A DNA stretch of 64,000 bases, from positions 2,688,001-2,752,000 of the forward strand of contig CAXXWQ010000004.1 in NCBI GenBank assembly GCA_963674945.2, read 5' to 3'. The stretch comes from an uncultured Desulfosarcina sp. (lineage in GTDB: Bacteria > Desulfobacterota > Desulfobacteria > Desulfobacterales > Desulfosarcinaceae). Made by a program: the position numbers and the translations under genes. Below, in pieces: positions 19,340 through 30,334 of this stretch. How positions within the stretch are numbered: the stretch's first letter is position 1; each line of letters begins with the position of its first letter. The notes below the pieces were generated by a model. The model saw only the letters and a list, made by a program, of their open reading frames with translations. It did no database searches and was not told where the DNA came from.

Positions 19340-19520
19340 CAATTGTAGCCAATCGATCAGCCGGCTTCGAATCGCTTAACGAAGCATATCAGTTAATGTA
19401 TCCAACGACAGAAAGAAACAAATAAAGATATAATTCGTGCTGTTTTTAAGTGGTTACAAATTATACCGCGGTCTTTTCGGATTTGGCAATTAAAAAAGCC
19501 ATCGTCTTGCCGATCTTTCT
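19340..19520 (-). promoter_or_regulatory. Leader module copy C with sigma70-type promoter for the Lrp gene
   Basis: Minus strand TTGCCA-N18-TATAAT; diverged homolog of the promoter half of copy A. Confidence 0.6.
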
Positions 19521-19744
19521 CGGGAAATCGGTATGGAAAAGCGAACGTGCAGGCCTTAAAATCGTCGTTGGACAGTTGGCTTATTGAGATGGGAAAAAGA
19601 CTTGGAACGATTTATCGCGAGTGCGCTTCCACGTATTTTTCGATCAGACTTCGAATCATTTGCTGATCGTTTACGCCGTGGTTTTCTGCCTCATGCTTAA
19701 AAAAATGGACGCAGTTTTGGCCATCTTCGGGCTGGAAGTGCGTT

Positions 19745-20143
19745 TTATTTGACGACAACCATTTTTATATCGATGAGACCTGACTCCAAATTTCCGATGC
19801 TGCTGAAAGCCGATCGTGTGAGATCGATGATCCGTCCCTTAACAAACGGCCCCCTGTCATTGATCCGCACCAATACACTCTTGCCGTTTTTCACGTTTGT
19901 CACGTTTACCATCGTCCCAAAAGGCAATTCTCGATGCGCGGCCGTATGGGCTTCCTGATTCAGTCGCTCGCCGCTGGCGGTTTTTCGGCCATGATATTTC
20001 ATTGCATAATATGATGCTTTGCCCGATTTTTGATACCCGATCGATGCCGGCGTGCGTGTGGCGGTCGTATTGGCGCAGCCGATAAGTGCCGACACAATCC
20101 ATGGGACGAATAGATATACAAGTCTTTTCAATTTTTTCTCCAC
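19745..20143 (-). CDS. rlpA: Septal ring lytic transglycosylase RlpA family lipoprotein
   Basis: GKASYY..GRKTASGE..TAAHRELPFGT..VRINDRGPFVKGRIIDL; lipobox LIGC. Confidence 0.9.
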   Translation of the reverse strand: MEKKLKRLVYLFVPWIVSALIGCANTTATRTPASIGYQKSGKASYYAMKYHGRKTASGERLNQEAHTAAHRELPFGTMVNVTNVKNGKSVLVRINDRGPFVKGRIIDLTRSAFSSIGNLESGLIDIKMVVVK

Positions 20144-20162
20144 AATCTCGTGTGAATAGGGA

Positions 20163-20744
20163 TCAATCCGGAATGTCTAAATATCGGCGCGCCGTCCAAT
20201 AAGACTGGCGCCAATATTGATTTTGAAGGCTCGAGATGGTCACGCCGTTGCTGCTGGAGGCATGGGCAAATTCAGCACGGCTCAAATAGATTCCCACATG
20301 TCCCTTTTTATAGGAACTTTGAAAAAACACCAGGTCACCGGCACGCAGCTGCTTTTTGCCAACCGATCGACCCGATTTTACCAGAAGCTCCGTTGAGCGT
20401 GGAAGTTGCCGGCCGAAAACGTCCCGGTACAACCGGTTGACAAAACCCGAGCAGTCGATCCCCCGGTGCGTCATTCCGCCCATCAGGTGAGGTGTTCCTT
20501 CCCACTTTTTCACCTCTGACCGCAGCTTTTGTTCAACGGTACCGAAATCACTTGTCGCTGTTTTCGATCCCGTGATTTGCGGTTCAGGCTGAATCTTCCT
20601 TTGAGAATCGGAAGCATTGTTCTTTGCCTGATGGTAAGAAGGGCCGGCACATCCAGTCGCCATGATAAATGCGAACCCAATCAACAGCAACCACCGGTGC
20701 CACTCAGATCGATGATGTCCAAGGATGAGAGATTGATGCAACAT
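20163..20744 (-). CDS. NlpC/P60 family lipoprotein peptidase
   Basis: GIDCSGFV, GDLVFF, HVGIY, FAHASS motifs; lipobox ATGC. Confidence 0.9.
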   Translation of the reverse strand: MLHQSLILGHHRSEWHRWLLLIGFAFIMATGCAGPSYHQAKNNASDSQRKIQPEPQITGSKTATSDFGTVEQKLRSEVKKWEGTPHLMGGMTHRGIDCSGFVNRLYRDVFGRQLPRSTELLVKSGRSVGKKQLRAGDLVFFQSSYKKGHVGIYLSRAEFAHASSSNGVTISSLQNQYWRQSYWTARRYLDIPD

Positions 20745-21127
20745 GATCTGTTAATCGGTAGTCACGGACCATTACTTGAGCATTCTCCTTTCTTGCTCGA
20801 CTTTCGGCATCCATTCCAAGCCCATGGAACCGTGCGATGTATGTCGTCATCTGTTGTTCCGACCAGGCGGTAAACGGGGACATTGTTTACAAGGTGTACA
20901 TAAATGAACAGATGGCAGGATCGGTTTCGAGGAGAATCCGGGAACGTTGTCACGCGGTATTCTCGGTCTTCCGGCAAATCGGCCTTTCGGTTGGTCGACG
21001 AGATGGCACTTCCTATCGCCCTTCCGATCAAATACAAAAAATTGTTTTTATTTAATAATTTAGGAATCCCGCAGATATTGCGAGGAGGGATTACGTATAG
21101 AAAGTTAACAACGTCCCGTAAACAATG

Positions 21128-21691
21128 TCATTTCGATAATGGCGGCAATTGAAGCGGATACTGCTTGCCGTAAAAAATTATCTTTGAACCTTGAATGACA
21201 TCATCCGCCACAATAAAAAGCTCTTTGTTTTCTTCCTGCAAATGCGGGGAAAGCGTTCTACCATAATAGGAACCCCAAATCGGTTTGGAAGGACTGGAAT
21301 CATAACTCGTACCAAACCCCATATTCGAAGATGAACCGGAACGATCAATCAGAGCAAACTCGGATCTTTTTAGGCTTTCTCTGATTGCCGAAGAATTTTT
21401 GAGACCATAGGAAACAATAACGAAAGAGTAGCCTTCGTCTGGTTCATATTCCACGATGACGGGTCGAAAACGTTCCATGTCAAATCTTTCGACAAAGTGT
21501 TGCGCCTCCTTGGTGACCTCCACATGCAGAACGGTAAATAAAAATGGGGACGATGTTGACTGTTCGAAAACCGGCTCTTTTTCCGGTGGATCCTGTTTTG
21601 CCGCCGTTCTGTCGGTTGTGCTGCAACCACATGCAAACACAACAATAAATAAAGAAAACACCACATTTTGGAGCAAGCTGTTATTGTTCAT
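21128..21691 (-). CDS. DUF4352-like lipoprotein
   Basis: Lipobox ACGC; FVIVSYGLKNSS..EFALID..LSP Ig-like pattern. Confidence 0.6.
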   Translation of the reverse strand: MNNNSLLQNVVFSLFIVVFACGCSTTDRTAAKQDPPEKEPVFEQSTSSPFLFTVLHVEVTKEAQHFVERFDMERFRPVIVEYEPDEGYSFVIVSYGLKNSSAIRESLKRSEFALIDRSGSSSNMGFGTSYDSSPSKPIWGSYYGRTLSPHLQEENKELFIVADDVIQGSKIIFYGKQYPLQLPPLSK

Positions 21692-22059
21692 TGTCAAATC
21701 TCCCGTGTTAATTTCCAAATAGGCATATGGCACCAATGGCTGTCCACGTCAACATCCCACTCGGGGAAAACGGCCTCTGTGTTTGTAAGCTATTGGTTCT
21801 GTATAAAGGTTGGATAAAGCCGAGTTAAAGATTTTATAAAAAAGGCTTTGTTAGCGTGTATGAATGAACGGGTTCCTTAGAAGACTGCAGGCGGGGAACA
21901 GATGATCAGCAGGAGTAGACCTGCTCTGCTTTTGCACAGATGAAAACCATGTCGTTACCATAGCTCGCTAACACCTGGTGACGACATGGTTGATATTTCG
22001 CTAAAAACCGGTCCCGCCCGGTGGGCTGTCCCCACCGGGTGGAGAGACAAATATGGGAC

Positions 22060-23259
22060 TTAAAAACTGAAGGAAACCTTGGCGGCACCGTAGTACCAGT
22101 CCGACTCACTGAAGTTGTTGTCGATGTTATCTTGTCTGAGGACAATACCCGTGCCGTCCACGGCATGCCCTTCGAGTTTGAGAATCATGTACTCGTTGAT
22201 ATCGAAACGAAAGGACAGGGCCAGGTCTTTCTGCCAGGCACTGTGATCGGGCTCGCCCGCGGCCACCTTATCGTCGCCGTCCCGATCATCCTTGTCCGGG
22301 TAAACCACGGAATAGTAGGCGCCCAGCGTAAACCAGTCGGTAAACCTGTACGAAGCCATCAGGTAATAGCACTCCGATGTTTTTTCAGCCTGTTGGGACA
22401 TGATGCGGAACTCCGAATCCCTTTGGAAGTATTCGGCCACCAGCGTCAGATCATTCCACATGTATTCAGCGGAGCCGATGTGTATCTTGGAACCGTTCTC
22501 CATGGACGTCACCGCCGTGCCGTTCACACCCAGTTGCATCGTCTGATCCATCTTGAGATAAGAGTACCCTACGCGAAGGCCCGGCACAAATGTCTCCCAC
22601 CGGAGCGCACCGGCATAGGAGGTACTGGTTTCGGTATCCCCGATCGCTGCCACACCACGATCAGCCAAACCATCATTGATGAATTTGCTGATGCCACTGT
22701 TCGGGTCCGAATAGATGCCGCCGGTAAGGGCCTGGTATTCCAACCCGCCGACAGCGCCCAGGTCCACGTTACCGTATATGCCCACACCGTTCATGGCGAT
22801 GAGATAGTCCCGCAGCCAGTCGTTGTAAATTCCCTGTGGCAGAACGATACAGGTCCGCAGCATGTCCACGTCCCGGATTGTGTTGAACAACCCCATGGGG
22901 ATTTTGATTCTGCCGGCCTGGATCCCCAGCCAGTCCTGGAAGCGATAGTCGCCGTATGCCCAGTCCACCGTTATCTTGTTGTTGCTGGCATCCCCGATAT
23001 CCCGGCTGAATAACTGCATCCCCATGCGAAGCTTGTCGGTGAGGTTCTTGGAAAAGTTGATACCGAACTCGTTGTATTCAAAACTGCCGTCCTTGCTGTT
23101 GTGGGCCAGGTAGTTGTACTCATCGCTGTACAAAAAACCCTGGGAAATAAAACCGTGGATATCCACACCCCCCGTCGTCATGGCGCCTGCGGGCATTGCC
23201 AACATACCGAAGGCGGCAACCATGCAAAGCATAACCACACCAATATATTTCCGATTCAT
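22060..23259 (-). CDS. Outer-membrane beta-barrel (porin-like) protein
   Basis: Signal peptide, VDIHGFISQG, VDWAYGDY, amphipathic strands, C-terminal SFSF. Confidence 0.8.
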   Translation of the reverse strand: MNRKYIGVVMLCMVAAFGMLAMPAGAMTTGGVDIHGFISQGFLYSDEYNYLAHNSKDGSFEYNEFGINFSKNLTDKLRMGMQLFSRDIGDASNNKITVDWAYGDYRFQDWLGIQAGRIKIPMGLFNTIRDVDMLRTCIVLPQGIYNDWLRDYLIAMNGVGIYGNVDLGAVGGLEYQALTGGIYSDPNSGISKFINDGLADRGVAAIGDTETSTSYAGALRWETFVPGLRVGYSYLKMDQTMQLGVNGTAVTSMENGSKIHIGSAEYMWNDLTLVAEYFQRDSEFRIMSQQAEKTSECYYLMASYRFTDWFTLGAYYSVVYPDKDDRDGDDKVAAGEPDHSAWQKDLALSFRFDINEYMILKLEGHAVDGTGIVLRQDNIDNNFSESDWYYGAAKVSFSF

Positions 23260-23274
23260 CGATTCACTCCTTTC

Positions 23275-23721
23275 CTATTGCTGATTCATCACTTTTACAC
23301 CGGTCACATCGGCGGTGCCGGAAACATATCCGACGGCGCCATTATGACCGGCCACATAGGCGACCAACTCGCTTTCCGTGGCAAATGATTTCGGTGTTGC
23401 GCCTTTTCCCGTGAACACCATCTTTTTCCAGTAGGTGGAGAACTGGGCAGGCGTCTTTCTTACAAAGATCCTCAAAAATGCGTCGTGCGCGGAGCCATCG
23501 GAAAGGGCCACGAACTCGATGGGTCTTCCGTCGGACCATGATGTTGTCTTGCCCAGAAACACATTTTTAACCACTGCCGCATCCAGTGAATCTGTTGGCA
23601 CATTCTTGTTGGCAATGACGAGAACACCGCCCGCCACCACCGGCTGCCAGAGCGCCATGATGGCCAACCAAGACACCAGGCAGGCCATTGCCGTTCGCAA
23701 TAACAGATTCCTTTTTCGCAT
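23275..23721 (-). CDS. Small PBP-domain (phosphate ABC substrate-binding-like) periplasmic protein
   Basis: VLVIAN..VFLGK..W..YWKKMVFTGKG..P..VAYVA..GAVGYV; adjacent to the porin gene. Confidence 0.8.
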   Translation of the reverse strand: MRKRNLLLRTAMACLVSWLAIMALWQPVVAGGVLVIANKNVPTDSLDAAVVKNVFLGKTTSWSDGRPIEFVALSDGSAHDAFLRIFVRKTPAQFSTYWKKMVFTGKGATPKSFATESELVAYVAGHNGAVGYVSGTADVTGVKVMNQQ

Positions 23722-24503
23722 CTTTCTTCCTCCCTTTGTTTGAATAAGTAAAAAACAGCACATCTGTCCGTTCACAAAAATTCAAAGTGATTTCCTATTG
23801 ACAATTTCTCCTATCATAAAATGAGAGATAATATGAGTAATTGGATTGGAGTTTGCTGGCTTTTGATATCGCTACGATTCAAAACTCTTAGAGGTATCGC
23901 TGGCCGGCAGATTTACTTCACCGGCGTTCCTGATGAATTGGGGTGCAATGGCTGGTGAGCAGTTCTCTTTTATGTATACCGCACCACTGCAATCTCTCAT
24001 CTGCGCGTTGAAGGCGGGCAGGAGTGCGTTGCTGCTCATGATTGTGGGAAAAGGGAATTTCGGCGATTTGAAAACAATGAATTTTGTTTTCCGTCCGAGG
24101 AATAAAACGGCCGCCACTGACAGGAAATATCCGATGATAAAAATTCTCATGCTGATCCACACCTCGCTTGATATCCGCTCCGATTCAATTGAAACGACAC
24201 AAAATTCACAACGCATCATGATCCACTCAACATAGCATGGTACAAACATGATCGCCTAAATGAGAGATAACTTTAGGCAACTTTAAAAATAAATTGAGAA
24301 AAACGAAAAAATCTCATTAAAGCACGGAAAAGTACTCAATTCGTTTCTGTTTTATGAAAAATTGAAACACATGAAAGTGAGCCCGCCTTGATGTTGTTCG
24401 AAGAAAGGGCTACATTTTTTATATTATTGACAGCATTACCGGATTGCATTTATGCGTTTTTCAGCGCCTTGCCTGTTACTTATCAACAAGGAGGTATGGG
24501 ATC

Positions 24504-24623
24504 GTGAAACTATTTGCTCTTTGCATAGGGATCGTTTTTGGTGTTTTTGCTATAGTGGTGTACGCGTATGGTCTTAGGCTCCGTATAAAAGAGTTAAGGA
24601 AAAAGCCGGATGAAAAGCAATAG
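24504..24623 (+). CDS. Small single-TM membrane protein (39 aa)
   Basis: AGGAGG RBS, GTG start, MKLFALCIGIVFGVFAIVVYAYGLRLRIKELRKKPDEKQ*; below the ORF-track cutoff. Confidence 0.5.
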   Translation: MKLFALCIGIVFGVFAIVVYAYGLRLRIKELRKKPDEKQ

Positions 24624-24791
24624 TCGATCGGGGAAAGTCATTTTACATTTTTATGGCGATACGGTCGCCTTATGCGGACTTGCATAATACCACATTGTGA
24701 TACTATGCCCGTTGTGTTAAAAATGATTCCTTTACAGATACTGTTTGCCGGTTTTATGATGATTTCGTTTTTACGGAAAGGAGTGCCTTAC

Positions 24792-25037
24792 ATGAATATC
24801 ACAATCACGGACCAAGATGGAAATGAACTGGAAATTACGTTGGACAGCGACGTCTCCCTGGTTGATACGACCAGCGATAGAGACAGCACGATAGCATGGT
24901 CTGAGCTCTCCGAAAACACCCAGGAGAAGCTCTATGAGCTGTCCGATCAGTGTGTCGAAGTTATGGAGGCTGTAAAATTTGAAGCGGCAAAGAACCTTGG
25001 CGACCTGTTGGAAGAGGAAGACATGGACGATGACTAA
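24792..25037 (+). CDS. Small acidic hypothetical protein
   Basis: AAGGAG RBS; MNITITDQDGNELEI...EEEDMDDD. Confidence 0.65.
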   Translation: MNITITDQDGNELEITLDSDVSLVDTTSDRDSTIAWSELSENTQEKLYELSDQCVEVMEAVKFEAAKNLGDLLEEEDMDDD

Positions 25038-25189
25038 CCTCCCGTACCATATGAGCCAAACAGGGCCATTGGTCATTGATGAAATACGAAACGGTCCTTG
25101 GCGCGCAGGCGACACCCCCCTTTTTTGGACCCACATATTAGAATTGTCATCCCGAACGGCCACTGCGGCAGTTCCGTGATTCATGGGAT

Positions 25190-26084
25190 CTATAAAACCT
25201 CACGGATGGAACGGGCGAGCCGATAGATATTGATTGGCTTTGAGATCAGCGAGGATATCCCGGCTTTCTGGGCGGCCCTTTCCACCTCCTTGCTGATATA
25301 CCCCGATGTGAGGCCTGTTTGATACGCTTTGCAATCTCTATCCCCGTAATTTTTGGCATGGAATAGTCCGTGATGATCAGATCGAAATCATCCGGATTGT
25401 CGGTGATTGCCGCCAGTGCCTCCTGGCTGTCTGTAAAAACCCTTACACGGTATCCGATGTTCGTCAGGATCGTTTGCATAATATCGGTCAGTGCGGTTTC
25501 GTCATCGACCAGCGCGAGCTTTTCGGTTCCGCCCTGGATCGTCGAATTCAACTCGTGGAGATCCGATTCCACGGCATCGATTCTGGGAATGAGGATTAAG
25601 AAATCTTTTTGTTCAGCCCGATCTGCATGATAACTTCCGTTGAATGCCAGGTCACCTGTTCAATCATTTCCATCATATTTTGGATGGGCGTACTGATCCG
25701 GTGAAAATAAATGATGATCGTGCTGATGGTAATTACCAGAAAAATGATGCCGGCGAGGAAGATGGATGTCAGAATGCGGTTAACCGGGGCGGTTATCTCT
25801 TCCCGGCTCTGGGAAAAGACCACCGTCCAGCCGGTCAATCCTATACGGGCTGCGCCGGCAATCCGTCTCGAACCCTCGGACAAAAAATAAGCCGTGCCGG
25901 TTTTCTGCGATTTCACCATCCTCGCAAGTGCCTCGGCACCCGGCTGGTCAAAGAGCCGGTGTTTGAGTATGTAATCTTCCCGTGGATGGATCAGCACGAG
26001 TCCTTTAACATTGATGAGATAGGCACAACCTGTTTTAGAAAACTCTTTTTTGTCGTCTGTGTCCTCTATGAAAAAGCCGTGCAT
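25190..26084 (-). pseudogene. Hybrid sensor kinase remnant (Cache + TM ... receiver) with internal deletions
   Basis: Cache/TM part stops at QIGLNKKIS*, joined out of frame to an HATPase tail and receiver (LVDDE..DLIITDYSMP); the receiver tail LTSGY..SKP is in another frame. Confidence 0.75.
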
Positions 26085-26257
26085 GATGAGACTTCGAAAG
26101 CAGATGAAGCCGTGTCACATGATACTTGCATTCGTATCCGAAGTGGCCTACTCTCCCATTGTTGTTCATCGAAATCCTTTTTTCTGCGATCTTTGCATGG
26201 GTCACCGAGGAAGGATTTCGTCTATTCCGGGAATTGTCAAACGGTGGGAGAAATCCG

Positions 26258-27172
26258 ATGGAAGAAGGAAAAGCGAGTCCAACTGCCGTCGCAGGAGCCA
26301 TTATGCGCGCGGCGCATCTGCTGCTGGACGATGAGCCGAAGGTTTTGCGCGATGAGTTCGCTCTGGGACTCAGCGGGATTGAAAGCAGCGCCGCATTGCA
26401 GGCAGTCATGGAGGGGATGATCGGCAAGGCATCGAAGTACACGACCGCTGAATTTGCGCAAAGCTTCGTCCGATACTTACGAGCGGAGGTGACGCAACGC
26501 AATCGATATGCGGAAGACGAACTGGCCAACGCCATCCAGGGTGGCATTGGACAATACGTCATCCTGGGTGCCGGACTCGACTCCTATGCGTATCGAAATC
26601 AAGCGCTTTCCGACAGGATACAGGTATTTGAAGTCGACCATCCGGCCACACAGCAATGGAAACTTGAAAGGTTGAATGCGCTGAAGGTGGAGATTCCGGC
26701 CAATGTGACGTTTGTACCATTGGATTTCGAGAGAAAGACACTGCGGGAAGGGCTGGAAGAGAGCGGCTACCGTTTGGAGACGCCCGGCTTCTTCTCGTGG
26801 ATCGCCGTCGTGCCGTATCTTACGGAAGATGCGATCTTCGGCACGCTGGGAGATATCGCATCCCTGGCCGCCGGAACCGAAGTTGTTTTTGAGTATGCAG
26901 TTCCCGATACGTTACTCAATGAAGAAGAGCGTCGTCCGGGCGCAGTGGCCAAAGCGATCGCATTGGAAGGTGGGGAACCGGCGTTCAGCTTTTTTCATCC
27001 AGCGACATTGCGGGAAAAAGTGCAAGCGCTGGGCTTCGATGTAATCGAGGATTTTGGCTCGGAGGATGCCAATGCACGCTATTTCTCCGGACGAAAGGAT
27101 GGACTTCGCGCTTTTCCTTCGTTTCACCTGATGAAAGCCCGTGTAGGCAGCAGCGCGCATTCATCGGCATGA
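26258..27172 (+). CDS. Class I SAM-dependent methyltransferase (LCM/YktD-like)
   Basis: QYVILGAGLDSYAYR, FEVDHPATQQWK, FVPLDFE motifs. Confidence 0.88.
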   Translation: MEEGKASPTAVAGAIMRAAHLLLDDEPKVLRDEFALGLSGIESSAALQAVMEGMIGKASKYTTAEFAQSFVRYLRAEVTQRNRYAEDELANAIQGGIGQYVILGAGLDSYAYRNQALSDRIQVFEVDHPATQQWKLERLNALKVEIPANVTFVPLDFERKTLREGLEESGYRLETPGFFSWIAVVPYLTEDAIFGTLGDIASLAAGTEVVFEYAVPDTLLNEEERRPGAVAKAIALEGGEPAFSFFHPATLREKVQALGFDVIEDFGSEDANARYFSGRKDGLRAFPSFHLMKARVGSSAHSSA

Positions 27173-28363
27173 GCCCTTATACGGGTTTCGGAGAAGCGGC
27201 GACGGCGCTGCCCCAATGGCCCCGTTGACCATTCATCGCCAAAATACAAAAAAAGGGGGGGTCACGAAATAGAGCAAAACACCAGACCGCGCTTTCCTGT
27301 TCAATTGGATCGTAACGGACAGCCATTTTGATCGAACACAGTAAACCAACGAATCTTTTCTGTCTCTGTTAAAACGTTCCGTCTATTGCACAACGTGAAG
27401 TTCACCGGCGAGCTTCAGCGCGTCCAGTGGAGCATGGCAAAACGATGGTGAAACGGTTGGTCAGAAACATATTATTCAGTTGATAAAAGATTAACTTTTT
27501 TCAAAATTCACCTTTGATTTTTCTTTTTTTTATACCATTCCTCATCTCCGTACATTTCATCCATGCAATCAGTACACAGACCATGACTAAATTTGATCTC
27601 AGAATGTTTGTGGAAATAGGTCTCAATTTGATTCCAATAGCCTTCATCATCTCTAATTTTCTTACATTTAGCGCAAATCGGCAATAGCCCACTCAGAGTT
27701 TTAACCTCGGCCAATGTTGCTTGCAATTTTTTGATGACTCTCTCTCGATGTTTCTCACTTCTAATTCGAGCTTCTATCTCTTTATTTAAATTTTTATTGG
27801 AAGTATCAAGTTCTTTAAAAATTATTTTGTATGGTTCTTGAATACCAATTTCTATAATTGCTTTGTAGATGAGGTAAAAAGAAAAGAGCTTGAAATAGTG
27901 GCCTACAATATTTGAAAGCCCGTAGTTGCTAATATAGAAAGTGAACGCTAATTCAGATACAATTGTGCAACAAATTGATAGTATTAGAAGACGGTAACTA
28001 TATAATTCAAATCGATTTTTGTTTCTGAAAAGTAAAAATAAGCTGATTATTAGATATAGACAGATTATATATTCGCTTATTTTCTTGAAAGCAGTTAGAC
28101 CTTTGCCATCCACAAAACACACTGGGAATAGTTTCCAGTGAAATATGCTCATAACCAAAACAATGGTGATAATCGTGTATGTTACAAAAACCTTCTCGGT
28201 GTTAAGTGCTTTATCAATTCTAAGGAAATAGAATGCCACCAGTAAGTAAGGGTCAAATAAACCCCATCTTCACATAGCCCAGATATTATGACATCATAGG
28301 CTTGGCAATGAAAATGTGTATGGGAGACGATTGTGAACCGGCCGGTAGAAAGTAAGAGAAGAA

Positions 28364-29959
28364 TCAATAGCGAAGGATCGCCAGCGTCTGTTTGTCGATA
28401 TTTTTTGGCAAAAGCGCCAGATGGTCCTCCCGCGTCCTGGCCAGCGGAAGTTTGGCGAACAGGTATCGAAGATAGGCATAGGGTTCCAGCCCATTGGCTT
28501 TGGCCGTTTCGATCAAACCGAAGAAGGTGGCGCTGGCTTCCGCACCCCGGGGCGCGCCGGAAAACAGCCAGTTCTTGCGACCCAACACGAATGGCCGGAT
28601 GACATTTTCAGCCACATTGTTGTCGGGCTTCAGAAATCCGGCATTGATATAGACAACCAGTTTGTCCCATTGGTTTAGGCAATATTGGATCGCTTTGCCG
28701 AGAAGGCTTTTCGGAGGAGCTTGCCAATGGTAGGTGTCCAGCCAGGTTTTAAATTGTTTCAGAATCGGCTTGGCCTTTTCCTGTCGCAGGTCACGGATCT
28801 GTTCATACGACAAATCCTTGTCTCGCGCATACCGTTCTATGCCATACAATGCGCCAATGTAATCCAGCGCCTCGTCGGCAAGCCCCTTGGCTGCTTTTTG
28901 TTTGCCGCGCGCCTTGCGCCCTTTGTTCACCTCGACAAATTTACGTCGGGCATGGGTCAGGCAACCTAAATGGATGATCCCTTGCTTTTGGGACAGCTGA
29001 TCATAGCCGCTGTAGCCGTCGCTTTGAACATAGCCCGAATAGTCTTCTATCATATCTTGCACTACCTTCCCACTACGGGTGGGATGATACTGGTAAAGCA
29101 CCACAGGGGCATCCAACGGGCCGCCACAAAACACCCACATATACGATTTTGTTGTATTGCTGCGGCCCGGTTCCTGAAGCACCTGAAACGGACTTTCATC
29201 GATATTGATCACAGGACCGCTTCGAATCTCCTGATGCATCAATTCGACGATCGGCTGGCAGCAACCGGCGGCCTGAATCATCCAATTGGCCATGGTTGAC
29301 CGTGAGATGTCAACGCCCAGACGGTCAAATATCTTTTGTTGGCGATGCAGGGGAAGCGCATCGGCGAATTTTGAGACAGCGATGTGGGCCAGCAGTCCCT
29401 CAGTGGCGTTGCTCTTGGGAATCAGTTGTTCTGGCGGCGGAGCGATCCTAACGGTGGGGCCGTCATCCTCGACGCCTTCGCAGGCCTTGCAGGCGTATTT
29501 GGGGCGGATGTGACGGATCACCTGGATTTTTGCCGGGATATAATCGAGCTTCTCACAGGTCTCTTCGCCGATACGGCTCAGTTCAACTCCGCAAGCACAC
29601 CGTTTCTCGGCCTCAGGGATATCGTGCAGGACCTCGACGCGGGGCAGATCCTCAGGCAACGGTTTGCGGCCACGCTTTTTGCGGGTGTGCTCCGGGACGG
29701 TGATGTCGTCATCGGCAAGGACGGGCTCTGCGGTTTCGTCGGGTTTGAACAACTGGAGTTGGTTGGGATTGACGGCCGGCAAAACTTCACTTTTGCGACC
29801 GAACAGCTCGTTCTTCAGCAGACGTACCATTTCTTGCAGATGGTCGATTTGCTGCTGCTGAGAAGAGATAATCTCCTTAAGCGATTGGGCGTCATCGGGC
29901 AGGTTGTTCGATTCCGAAAGCATGCCTGATACATAGCATAACCAATTGAATTTGTACAC
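28364..29959 (-). CDS. tnpC: IS66 transposase TnpC
   Basis: LFGRKSE, Zn finger, IDESP, QSDGYSGY, CLTHARRKF, DNNVAEN.IRP..LGRKNWLF. Confidence 0.95.
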   Translation of the reverse strand: MYKFNWLCYVSGMLSESNNLPDDAQSLKEIISSQQQQIDHLQEMVRLLKNELFGRKSEVLPAVNPNQLQLFKPDETAEPVLADDDITVPEHTRKKRGRKPLPEDLPRVEVLHDIPEAEKRCACGVELSRIGEETCEKLDYIPAKIQVIRHIRPKYACKACEGVEDDGPTVRIAPPPEQLIPKSNATEGLLAHIAVSKFADALPLHRQQKIFDRLGVDISRSTMANWMIQAAGCCQPIVELMHQEIRSGPVINIDESPFQVLQEPGRSNTTKSYMWVFCGGPLDAPVVLYQYHPTRSGKVVQDMIEDYSGYVQSDGYSGYDQLSQKQGIIHLGCLTHARRKFVEVNKGRKARGKQKAAKGLADEALDYIGALYGIERYARDKDLSYEQIRDLRQEKAKPILKQFKTWLDTYHWQAPPKSLLGKAIQYCLNQWDKLVVYINAGFLKPDNNVAENVIRPFVLGRKNWLFSGAPRGAEASATFFGLIETAKANGLEPYAYLRYLFAKLPLARTREDHLALLPKNIDKQTLAILRY

Positions 29960-29986
29960 ACTTATTTTACTTCCAGGTGGATGTTC

Positions 29987-30334
29987 TCAGCTTGCATAAC
30001 GGTAGTTTAAACGCACATGAGCATTCGTATAATCCAGTCCGGCGAGAAGCCATTCCAGTTCTTTCGCACTAAGGGAAACGACTTCTTTTGTGGTTGTTGG
30101 CCAGTGGAAACGGTGCTTCTCCAGCCGTTTGAGCCAGAGAGCAAATCCATTTTTATCCCAGTATAAAATTTTTATCATGTTCCGACGCCGATTGCAGAAG
30201 ACGAACAGGTCCCCTTCGAAGGGATTCAAATCCATGGCCTGTTCCACCAAAACCGAAAGCCCGTTGATCGATTTGCGCATATCGGTATTACCCACGGCCA
30301 GAAAGACCCTTTTGGGATTGGTGGGCAACATCAT
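29987..30334 (-). CDS. tnpB: IS66 accessory protein TnpB
   Basis: TDMRKSINGL..FVFCNRRRNMIKILYWDKNGFALWLKRLE. Confidence 0.95.
   Translation of the reverse strand: MMLPTNPKRVFLAVGNTDMRKSINGLSVLVEQAMDLNPFEGDLFVFCNRRRNMIKILYWDKNGFALWLKRLEKHRFHWPTTTKEVVSLSAKELEWLLAGLDYTNAHVRLNYRYAS

Noticed and set aside
20762..21152. Short ORFs between nlpC and the lipoprotein gene (also 23872-24249)
   Set aside because: Several overlapping frames with no motif or clear RBS; none can be supported.
21760..21835. Possible c-di-GMP-I riboswitch
   Set aside because: Only fragments resemble the consensus; the GCAAA and GNRA/receptor elements and stems cannot be built.
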